From the NCBI GenBank assembly GCA_002298925.1, contig DBMM01000028.1, positions 3,713-67,712 on the forward strand: a stretch of DNA of 64,000 nt. Reading direction: 5' to 3'. This document shows, one piece after another, positions 16,287-24,015 of this stretch (its first letter is position 1; each line of letters opens with the position of its first letter). The stretch is from Geobacter sp. UBA698 (GTDB lineage Bacteria > Desulfobacterota > Desulfuromonadia > Geobacterales > Pseudopelobacteraceae). The notes beneath the pieces are model-generated. The model was not told the origin of the DNA. It made no database searches and saw nothing but the letters and a program-made list of their open reading frames with translations. Made by a program: the position numbers and the translations under genes.

Positions 16287-17803
16287 ATGGCTCCCTGCGC
16301 ACCGTATACAACGGTTCCTCCGTTCCTATGGCGGACATACCAGCAGTCGGTTCCAGCCAGTTTTTACAGAACATTCTCGACACCGTTGACCAGGGCTGGC
16401 GCATTGTTTCTTACTTCGGGATTCCAGGCCCCGCAGGCGTTTCGCTGGTCTGCCTGCTTGCCGATAAAGGCGAGGGACAACTTGCCGTGACCCGTGCGGA
16501 TGTAACGGCTGACCACATCCCCTCGATCTCTTCCCTCTGCCCTCAGGCACAACTTTTTGAGCGCGAGATTGCCGAACAGTGCGGCCTGATCTTTGATGAC
16601 CATCCCTGGTTCAAGCCGGTGCGTTTCCACCATCCATTCGTCCCCGGACGCGATGCTTGGAACCGGTCTTCGGACGAGCCTATCCGCGCCGGGGTCATGA
16701 ACTACTTTCAGGTGGCCGGCGATGAGGTGCATGAAGTTGCCGTCGGTCCGGTACACGCCGGGATTATCGAACCGGGACATTTCCGTTTCCAGTGTCACGG
16801 TGAAGAGGTCTTTCATCTGGAAATTTCACTCGGGTATCAGCACCGGGGGATCGAAGCAGCACTATTCGGCGGGCCTCACCCTCGCACGCTGCAGGTGATG
16901 GAAACCGCCGCCGGAGATACCACCATTGGTCATAGTCAGGCCTACTGCATGGTCATGGAAACTTTGGCCGGGATCAAGGTGCCGCCGCGGGCAGAGGTCC
17001 TACGCGGCATTGCCCTTGAGCTGGAACGGCTGGCAAATCATACCGGCGACCTGGGGGCAATTGCAGGCGATGTCGGTTATCTTCCCACTGCGTCCTTCTG
17101 TGGCCGCATCAGGGGGGATTTCCTCAATATGACCGCTGTCCTCTGCGGCAGCCGCTTTGGTCGCGGACTCCTCACCCCCGGCGGTACGATCTTCGATCTC
17201 ACGACCGCCCAGTGTGAAGACCTGCTCAAACACCTGGCAGAGGCGCGAAGTGATCTGACTGATGCCGTTGAACTTCTCTGGAGCTCACCTTCGGTCATGG
17301 GACGTCTGGAGGAAACGGGTGCGCTGACACATGAGCAGGGGCTTGCACTCGGATTGGTAGGTCCAGCTGCCCGTGCCTGCGGAATCAAGCGGGATGTGCG
17401 CAATGATTATCCGTTCGGAATCTATCGCATGACCCATTTGCCGGTTGCCACTGCATTCCACGGAGACGTCTGCGCACGAACCATGATCAGATGGCAGGAA
17501 GCCCAGAAATCCATGGATTTCATCGAGGAACAGCTACGGCAGATCCCCGCTGGAGGACATCGTGTCACTGCATTACCCGGCAAAGGTCTGCGCCTGGCCG
17601 TAGCCCTGACAGAGGGGTGGCGCGGCGAGATATGTCACGTGGCGGTTACCGATGAGGCGGGGCAATTTTCCCGCTACAAGATTGTCGATCCCTCGTTTCA
17701 TAACTGGCCGGGACTCGCCATGGCGCTCCGGGGGCAGCAAATATCCGATTTTCCGCTCTGCAACAAGAGCTTCAACCTATCCTATTGCGGGTTTGATTTA
17801 TAG
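16283..17803 (+). CDS. NuoC-NuoD fusion / HycE-like 'large subunit' lacking the Ni-Fe ligand cysteines (Ehr-type, cluster 2)
   Basis: GTG start at 16283 overlaps the upstream stop (GTGA). Carries VGPVHAGIIEPGHFRF and LGYQHRGIEAAL. The L1 position reads ETAAGDTTIGH (16901-16933). The C-terminus reads DFPLCNKSFNLSYCGFDL (from 17747). Confidence 0.85.
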   Translation: MNGSLRTVYNGSSVPMADIPAVGSSQFLQNILDTVDQGWRIVSYFGIPGPAGVSLVCLLADKGEGQLAVTRADVTADHIPSISSLCPQAQLFEREIAEQCGLIFDDHPWFKPVRFHHPFVPGRDAWNRSSDEPIRAGVMNYFQVAGDEVHEVAVGPVHAGIIEPGHFRFQCHGEEVFHLEISLGYQHRGIEAALFGGPHPRTLQVMETAAGDTTIGHSQAYCMVMETLAGIKVPPRAEVLRGIALELERLANHTGDLGAIAGDVGYLPTASFCGRIRGDFLNMTAVLCGSRFGRGLLTPGGTIFDLTTAQCEDLLKHLAEARSDLTDAVELLWSSPSVMGRLEETGALTHEQGLALGLVGPAARACGIKRDVRNDYPFGIYRMTHLPVATAFHGDVCARTMIRWQEAQKSMDFIEEQLRQIPAGGHRVTALPGKGLRLAVALTEGWRGEICHVAVTDEAGQFSRYKIVDPSFHNWPGLAMALRGQQISDFPLCNKSFNLSYCGFDL

Positions 17804-17858
17804 TGTCACACCGATCAGGTTTTCAGACAGTACAAGGGTGTGCCGAAGGAGTTGCATC

Positions 17859-18596
17859 ATGATCAGAGCAATCGTTTCCCGCATCAAACAGGGGCATCGT
17901 ACCATGCCCTATCCCGCAGCACCATTGCAGATGCCGGAACGGTTTCGAGGCTACCCTGTTGCAGCATCGCTTGCAGATTCGGCCGATCGATCACCTGAAT
18001 GTCCCTATGGCGCCTTTTCCGCTGCGGAAGGTGGATGCCTTGATATGGGGAAATGCCTCTTCTGCGCCGAGTGTCCGGCAGGAAACATAGAATTCACCAC
18101 GGATCATCGACTTGCAGCCACAAAAAGAGAACATCTTCTGGTAACGCCGGGAGCTCCACGGCAGTTTGCACAGGCGCTTTCTAACGATCTGCTACGCATA
18201 TTGGGTCGCTCGCTCAAATTCCGTGAGGTCAGTGCAGGCGGTTGTAATGCTTGTGAGGCAGATACCAACGTGCTGTCAACCATAGGCTGGGATCTGGGAC
18301 GGTTTGGCATTCAATTTGTGGCGTCGCCACGCCACGCTGATGGGCTCTGGGTAACCGGTCCAGTCACCAATAACATGACCAAGGCTCTGCTCACTACATA
18401 TGATGCGATTCCTGAACCGAAGATCGTTGTTGCCTGTGGCGCCTGTGCCATCAACGGCGGACCGTACATTGATTCGCCCCAAGTTTGCAACGGCGCAGAT
18501 GGTCTCATTCCGGTAGATCTCTACATCCCCGGCTGTCCGCCACACCCCGGGACCATACTCGACGGTCTTTTACGAATTATTGATAAAATCAGATGA
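17859..18596 (+). CDS. NuoB/HycG-like 'small subunit' with an N-terminal single-cluster ferredoxin-like extension (cluster 2)
   Basis: ATG at 17859. The N-terminal part has ECPYGAF...GKCLFCAECPAG (CxxCxxCP plus a distal CP). The C-terminal part has GGCNACEAD, ACGACAINGG and PGCPPHP (NuoB-type). Confidence 0.8.
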   Translation: MIRAIVSRIKQGHRTMPYPAAPLQMPERFRGYPVAASLADSADRSPECPYGAFSAAEGGCLDMGKCLFCAECPAGNIEFTTDHRLAATKREHLLVTPGAPRQFAQALSNDLLRILGRSLKFREVSAGGCNACEADTNVLSTIGWDLGRFGIQFVASPRHADGLWVTGPVTNNMTKALLTTYDAIPEPKIVVACGACAINGGPYIDSPQVCNGADGLIPVDLYIPGCPPHPGTILDGLLRIIDKIR

Positions 18597-18740
18597 TCTC
18601 TTATGCCTTCATGTAATAAAGTGCGAAGTACGTCCGCCAGGTGACCGCTATGGCCGCCGATCCGGGTGCGGGCTCCCCAACGCTGAAATCAGAAGCCAGC
18701 GAGACATATCATATTCTCTTTTCTTGGGAATTATTTCTTT

Positions 18741-18825
18741 TTCAAATCAATGATGGAATCAAGATGGCGAGGATTGGGGCGAAAACGAGTCGGCGCAGAT
18801 AGCGCCTTGATTCTAAAATGGAATC
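18741..18825. repeat. Intergenic hairpin/iteron-like repeat, copy A (second copy at 47841-47968)
   Basis: The shared ends are TTCAAATCAA(T/G)GATG(G/A)AATCAAG ... GCGCAGAT(A/G)GCGCCTTGATT ... TGGAATC. The arms GAATCAAG and CTTGATTC can pair. Confidence 0.6.
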
Positions 18826-18828
18826 ACA

Positions 18829-19656
18829 TCAGCGCTTGTACCTGTTGGCAAGCTCAAGCGCATGTTTGACCCGGGAAACAACCCGCAGCGGCTGAACCGG
18901 TTTTGGTATGAAATCGATAAAACCGAGTTCAAGCGCCTTCTGTTCATCTTCGGTGGAGGCCTTGGAAGTAAGCATGATCATAGGGATGGAGGAAGTCATG
19001 GGATTGGCCTTGATGGCGCGCAAGAGCCCGAAGCCGTCCATGCGCGGCATGACCGAATCCGTAATGATCAGCTGGGGGCGTTCCGAAATGGCAATCTGCA
19101 GCCCTTCCAGCCCGTCATGGGCCAGCAGCACATTGAAGCCTTCCTTGGAGAGGGCCACCTGGATGACTGTGGCAATGGCGGTAGAGTCCTCGATAACCAG
19201 GATGGTTGTCGTTCCGGATGCAGTAGCGCTTCCCTTGAGATAATATCTGGAAATGGCTTCCTGGATTTCCCGGCGGGTGGAAATGACCGGAATGACCTGA
19301 AAGCCGGTGATGCGGGCCAGCTGCTCCATGGTTTCCATATCAAAGGGGTCGGTGATGGCGACTGCCAGCATGCTGTCCTTCTGCTTGAGAGGAAAGACCA
19401 GCTTATTCATGGCAAGATCGGAGGGGATCAGATTCAGCAGCTCCTTAGAGAAGTCGTGGTTGATGAAGTTTTTAACGGTTTTGAAGTTGAACTGCTTGGC
19501 CAGTGCTTCGGCCAGTTCATCTTCAGTGATCACTCCCATCTCTTCAAGAATGGCGCCCAATCGTTTTTTATCAACCTTCTGGCGCTCGAGAGCACGCTCC
19601 AGGGTTTTTCTGCTGATGATTTCAGCCTCGACCAGTATGTCACCCAAATGCTTCAT
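18829..19656 (-). CDS. Response regulator: N-terminal T2SSE_N/MshEN-type domain plus C-terminal receiver domain
   Basis: The N-terminus has two tandem RLGxxL..G.I....L...L..Q-like motifs (HLGDILVEAEIISRKTLERALERQ, KVDKK, RLGAILEEMGVITEDELAEALAKQ). The C-terminus ILVIEDS...IITDSVMPRMDG...MLTSK is CheY-like. Confidence 0.8.
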   Translation of the reverse strand: MKHLGDILVEAEIISRKTLERALERQKVDKKRLGAILEEMGVITEDELAEALAKQFNFKTVKNFINHDFSKELLNLIPSDLAMNKLVFPLKQKDSMLAVAITDPFDMETMEQLARITGFQVIPVISTRREIQEAISRYYLKGSATASGTTTILVIEDSTAIATVIQVALSKEGFNVLLAHDGLEGLQIAISERPQLIITDSVMPRMDGFGLLRAIKANPMTSSIPMIMLTSKASTEDEQKALELGFIDFIPKPVQPLRVVSRVKHALELANRYKR

Positions 19657-19943
19657 GTCATTTTTCCCCGTTTCTCAACGTATCGGACTATCGACTAATA
19701 CCATATAATCAAACTGTTTTACAGTAGATTCATTTTAAACCCATGTTGCACGCGATCGATGCCCGCCAGCTACGCTGGCCGGCTGACAAGTTATCCGATC
19801 GACACCAGAGAACCTGCCCGGATGCCCCCCTGGCTGTCGCTTATGGAAATAGGTTTAAATCAAATCAGTTAACAAAATCTTAGCTCTAATGAATGCAAAT
19901 CGCAACCATTAATGAGCACAGCATTACATTCATGGGCAAAACG

Positions 19944-19980
19944 AAAAAAGCCCGGGAGATCTGATCGCCCGGGCTTTTTA
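19944..19980 (-). terminator. Rho-independent terminator downstream of rpmA (bidirectional shape)
   Basis: AAGCCCGGG and CCCGGGCTT arms with an 11-nt loop, flanked by an A-run and a T-run. Confidence 0.75.
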
Positions 19981-20001
19981 GTGATTATGTTTGAAAAAAA
20001 A

Positions 20002-20256
20002 TCAGTTGGGATATACGGATACTTTCTTGCGATCGCGTCCCATACGCTCGAAGGTGACGATACCCTCGATCAGTGCGAACAGCGTGTGGTCCTTGCCGCA
20101 GCCGACATTATTGCCGGGGTGGATCTGGGTACCGCGCTGACGATAGATGATGTTGCCGGCCTTGACCGACTCACCGCCGAATTTTTTGCAGCCAAGTCGC
20201 TGACCGTCCGAATCCCTGCCGTTGCGTGAGCTTCCGCCCGCTTTCTTATGTGCCAT
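20002..20256 (-). CDS. rpmA: 50S ribosomal protein L27
   Basis: [29 protein letters not shown]... is the canonical L27 N-terminus. 84 aa. Confidence 0.95.
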   Translation of the reverse strand: MAHKKAGGSSRNGRDSDGQRLGCKKFGGESVKAGNIIYRQRGTQIHPGNNVGCGKDHTLFALIEGIVTFERMGRDRKKVSVYPN

Positions 20257-20283
20257 TTCCTTTGCTCCTCGGAAAGAATTTTA

Positions 20284-20592
20284 TTATGCGCTGATTTTTT
20301 CGATCTTGAGAACTGTCTTGTGCTGACGGTGACCGCGCAGCTTCCGGGTACCCTTGCGGCGCTTTGACTTGAAAACGAGAATTTTCTTGTCCTTGCCCTG
20401 AACTGCGATTTTGGCTGTTACGGTTGCGCCGGCCACGTGGGGTGCACCCACAACGGTTTTTTCGCCGCCAACCATCAGAACTTCAGCGAATTCGATCTTG
20501 TCGCCGATTTCCCCATCGAGTTTTTCGACCTTGAGGAACTCGCCTTCGCTTACCTTGTATTGTTTGCCACCTGTCTTGATAACTGCGTACAT
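20284..20592 (-). CDS. rplU: 50S ribosomal protein L21
   Basis: MYAVIKTGGKQYKVSEGEFLKVEKL is the canonical L21 start. The upstream in-frame Met codons up to 20613 are unlikely starts. Confidence 0.93.
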   Translation of the reverse strand: MYAVIKTGGKQYKVSEGEFLKVEKLDGEIGDKIEFAEVLMVGGEKTVVGAPHVAGATVTAKIAVQGKDKKILVFKSKRRKGTRKLRGHRQHKTVLKIEKISA

Positions 20593-20990
20593 AGCCATCT
20601 CCATATGCATCATTTTTAAAAGAGTTTTGGAATATAGAGAAATGATCGCCGCAAGTCAAGCTTAAATTTAACAGCAAAAAATGGCGGGATTTTTGCTTTG
20701 TGTTTAATGAAGCTAAAACATACCGTGTGCATAGCCATATGACTAGTTTTAGCCCAAGCACGGTTTCAATACGGATACCGTCTCTAATTGGGTTTTACGG
20801 TTATTTACCATCACCTACTATGTGCCAAAAAACGTAACATGCTTTATCACTATCCAGAGTTTATTGACAAATTTTGTCATTCCGTTGCCGTTCAAATGTC
20901 TGTCTTTGCTGTTTTAAGTGTGAAGCTGGCGAACTATTTATAAAACCGCAAAAAGCCTCGCTCAGGCTGGCTGCGCAAAGGAGGTGCAGA

Positions 20991-21278
20991 TTGGTGGTCT
21001 TTGCAAGGATCTTGATTGGAGCGTTAGTGCTTGGGCTCACCCCCGTGATGGATGCCCGGGCAGTCGCAATCAAACACAAATCGCTGCAACGTCGCAGCAA
21101 GGCTGTAAACGCAAAAAATATTCAGACAAAAAATACGATTTCAACACAGCGTGCCGAAGCTGACTATAAACAACATGAATTAGAGATGCGTCATCGCCAG
21201 TATCAGCAGATGCAGCAGTCACAGCAACGCGGTTATCAGATGCAGCGGCAGCAGCAATCGCAGGGCCCGCATCAATAA
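20991..21278 (+). CDS. Hypothetical small secreted Gln-rich protein
   Basis: TTG at 20991 lies 6 nt after RBS AAGGAGG (20978-20984). The signal-peptide-like VVFARILIGALVLGLTPVMDARA is followed by a Q/R-rich tail (QYQQMQQSQQRGYQMQRQQQSQ). No recognisable family. Confidence 0.35.
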   Translation: MVVFARILIGALVLGLTPVMDARAVAIKHKSLQRRSKAVNAKNIQTKNTISTQRAEADYKQHELEMRHRQYQQMQQSQQRGYQMQRQQQSQGPHQ

Positions 21279-21391
21279 TAAGAAAAAATCCAAGAGAGGG
21301 GGGGGCGGCAGACACAAGGCATAACTTACAGGGAGATGGAGTAAGTATAGCACCAGAACATAAACATACTGCGTGAAAAGGGAGGAACAGC

Positions 21392-23866
21392 ATGAATCTG
21401 CGTAATTTGTGTCTCGCATCACTCGCAGCGGCCACCTTGGCCGGGTGCAGCAGCGGAGGAGGCGGTGGGACCGCCGGAACAGCCGAAACAGCCGGATCGA
21501 CCGGTGTGGCGGCAGCGGTTACGGCGGGATCCAGCTCGGTTGTCGCCGACAAGGTCAGCATTATCGATACCAGCAGCAATAGTGCCGGCAAGGCAGTGGC
21601 AATGGCCGCATCCCAGTTTGCTTCCACAGCCGACTGGAACAAGGACAAGTCTTCCACTTACATCAATGACCGTGCGACCGGCGCCTTCAACAATGTCAAC
21701 GAAATTCTCTGCATGATGTCCCAGACCGGTTATGTCGCCATGGCCGCCTCAAGCGAAGCGGCTGCCGTTCCCTACAAAGCGCTGGTCAACAAGAACCTCT
21801 GCAAGGGGAACGACAGCACCAGCAACGCCAGCCAGAGCCAGCAAGGCGATACTTCGGCCTCCTCAGCTCCGGACTATACCACCTGGACGGTCAAATCATT
21901 CCTGAATGCCTCGAAACAGCTGGAAGCCCACATCTGGATCTTCGAGAAAAAGAGTAGCGACCCCCAGTCCCAGGGGCCGGACGCCTTCGATAAGATCATC
22001 ACCGCCAAGCTTGTGGTTACCAGCACCAAGGATGAGGTGCCACCCAACGGTGTCTTCAGGATCGACTTCAAGGGCTATCAGGCCACTGCAGCCGGACAGC
22101 CCGATACGAACAAGCCGGTTTTCGCCGGCCTGCTGGAGAGCAAGATCAATGCAAGTACCGGCAAGCCTGAGATACGATTCGCCGATGCCGAAATCAGCGG
22201 CAAGTTCAGCGAGGCAGCCACGGTGATCAAGACCAGCGACACCACCGGCTACGGAAAGGTATCGGAAAGTGACTCGTTCAATGGCGGCAGCGCCAGAACC
22301 TTCACAGCCGATTTCGGCTTTGACGCCAACTTCTTCCGCCGCAGAACCGATGACAACGGCACGACCAAGGACCTCTGCTTCGACCGCGCAAAATTCGAAA
22401 CCTCCACCTGGCGTTATGGCCTTTACAGTGATGCCGAAGGCAGCCGTTATGTGAAGAATTCCGGAATTCCCTTCAACACCGCGGCAGACGGCAGCGGCAT
22501 GTATGGCTGGGCCGGATACTACGGCGTCTGGGCGCCTGACAACAGCAAGATCACGGACGGCATGTCGCTCTACAGCAAGGACCCGGCCACCAACAGCAGC
22601 GTGACCTACACCCTCAACCTCTTCAAAGGCAAACTGAAGAAACATAGCCAGCACACCACTACCCTGGGGGCTATCCAGAACATACCGCTCGAGGGGTACA
22701 TGGAAGGATCGATGCAGTACCGCGTTATCTGGGATGGCACCAAACTGGCGAAAACGGCTTCGGCCCTCCAGAGCATGGGCGGACCGCCGGTCTGGACACA
22801 ACTTAACCCGGCGGTTGAGCTCTCATACGGCAACATGCAGTTTGGCGGCGACCTGAATTTCTGGTCTCAAGCACTGGGCGGACAAGTCCGGATACCGCTC
22901 CAGAATTGCAGCTTTGCACAGGGTGGGGCCAGTTGCTCTGCACCGACCGGCAGTAGCAACGTGATTTTCTACACTGAGGACGCTGTCTATCCCGGAGATT
23001 CTGTGCCGGCCACCCTGACCTGCTTCAATAATTGTCCCCAGGCGCCTACCACTGCCGGCATGGACCCCACCTCCCCCACCACCATGACCTATGCCGATAA
23101 TTACAGTCCCGGTTTTGCCGGTCATACCTACACGTTTGCCAGCTCGGTTCTCAAGGACAGCGGCAACGCCGGCAACCCTGTCCTGCTGACGACTGCACCG
23201 ACCAACCAATCCTGGGGCTTCAACAGCGGTCCATTGGTTGATATGGCTTCCTACGGAGCACAACTCGACTGCGGCAACAACTCCGGCCAAGTATGCGGCT
23301 GGAAAGCCTGGTCCGTGCCGGAGTTCTACACCTGGGAAACCGGCCCCAACAACTGGAACCAGCTGACAGTGGTAAAAAACGGTACGGCGGTCGTCAAATT
23401 CGATCCTCCTGCCCGGGTCACCTATGTACACAAACAGAGCGACCCCACCGCACCCGATTACAAGTACAACAATGTCTCCTTCTTCATGGATTACAACGGC
23501 TTCGGTCAGTTGAACGGCATCCCCGGCAAGTGCTTTGATCCCATTACCGGTACCGAGACGTTAGATTGCAGCGGTAACAAGCGTTGGGTTCCGGAGTTCA
23601 CCATCCCCAGCGGCAGCACGGTAAGCGAGGGCAGCGCTACCTATTATGTCAAGGCGCTCGAATCAGAGCAGCGCATGAAGCCGGTCTCGAACGGTTGTAC
23701 GGCCACTCTGCCTGCTACAGCGCTGACCCTGCCATCAGTCAGCGAGGCCGTCGACCCCGGGCTGGGTGCAGTTCCGTCTGCTTCCGAAGTGAAATATATC
23801 GGTGGCGTCAAGCAGGGCGCCAAAACAACTCCAAAGACCCTCAGTTCTTGGCTTCTAGGTTTCTGA
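21392..23866 (+). CDS. Large hypothetical lipoprotein (824 aa)
   Basis: Lipobox LAAATLAGC followed by a Gly/Ser/Thr/Ala linker. RBS GGGAGGA upstream. Long open frame with GC3-rich codons. Paired cysteines but no CXXCH heme motifs. No family recognised. Confidence 0.75.
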   Translation: MNLRNLCLASLAAATLAGCSSGGGGGTAGTAETAGSTGVAAAVTAGSSSVVADKVSIIDTSSNSAGKAVAMAASQFASTADWNKDKSSTYINDRATGAFNNVNEILCMMSQTGYVAMAASSEAAAVPYKALVNKNLCKGNDSTSNASQSQQGDTSASSAPDYTTWTVKSFLNASKQLEAHIWIFEKKSSDPQSQGPDAFDKIITAKLVVTSTKDEVPPNGVFRIDFKGYQATAAGQPDTNKPVFAGLLESKINASTGKPEIRFADAEISGKFSEAATVIKTSDTTGYGKVSESDSFNGGSARTFTADFGFDANFFRRRTDDNGTTKDLCFDRAKFETSTWRYGLYSDAEGSRYVKNSGIPFNTAADGSGMYGWAGYYGVWAPDNSKITDGMSLYSKDPATNSSVTYTLNLFKGKLKKHSQHTTTLGAIQNIPLEGYMEGSMQYRVIWDGTKLAKTASALQSMGGPPVWTQLNPAVELSYGNMQFGGDLNFWSQALGGQVRIPLQNCSFAQGGASCSAPTGSSNVIFYTEDAVYPGDSVPATLTCFNNCPQAPTTAGMDPTSPTTMTYADNYSPGFAGHTYTFASSVLKDSGNAGNPVLLTTAPTNQSWGFNSGPLVDMASYGAQLDCGNNSGQVCGWKAWSVPEFYTWETGPNNWNQLTVVKNGTAVVKFDPPARVTYVHKQSDPTAPDYKYNNVSFFMDYNGFGQLNGIPGKCFDPITGTETLDCSGNKRWVPEFTIPSGSTVSEGSATYYVKALESEQRMKPVSNGCTATLPATALTLPSVSEAVDPGLGAVPSASEVKYIGGVKQGAKTTPKTLSSWLLGF

Positions 23867-23898
23867 GGCCAGCACATTTGCAATGTTATGCGAATCCA

Positions 23899-23923
23899 CG
23901 GGGCCCTCGGGCCCCGTTTTTTT
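23899..23923 (+). terminator. Rho-independent terminator after the lipoprotein gene
   Basis: CGGGGCCC and GGGCCCCG arms followed by TTTTTTT. Confidence 0.75.
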
Positions 23924-24015
23924 GTGTTTACCGACATGTGCCATCCGTGGCACAATACACCAACACGAAATAAGTGAACTACCTATATCAGCAGGTATTC
24001 TGCTGCAGGGGCAAA

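Noticed and set aside
19657-20001. A c-di-GMP (GEMM) or other riboswitch in the leader of the MshEN response-regulator gene.
   Set aside because: I could not find the conserved GEMM-I/II cores (for example the ACGCAAAGC-type segment) or any other riboswitch signature by eye. Only a generic GC hairpin is present. It is kept as a low-interest structural observation, not as a riboswitch call.
21070-21657. 195-aa ORF on the minus strand spanning the start of the lipoprotein gene.
   Set aside because: It is antisense to the lipoprotein signal peptide and to the Gln-rich ORF. The translation is Ala/Pro/Leu-rich low complexity, with no RBS and no family resemblance.
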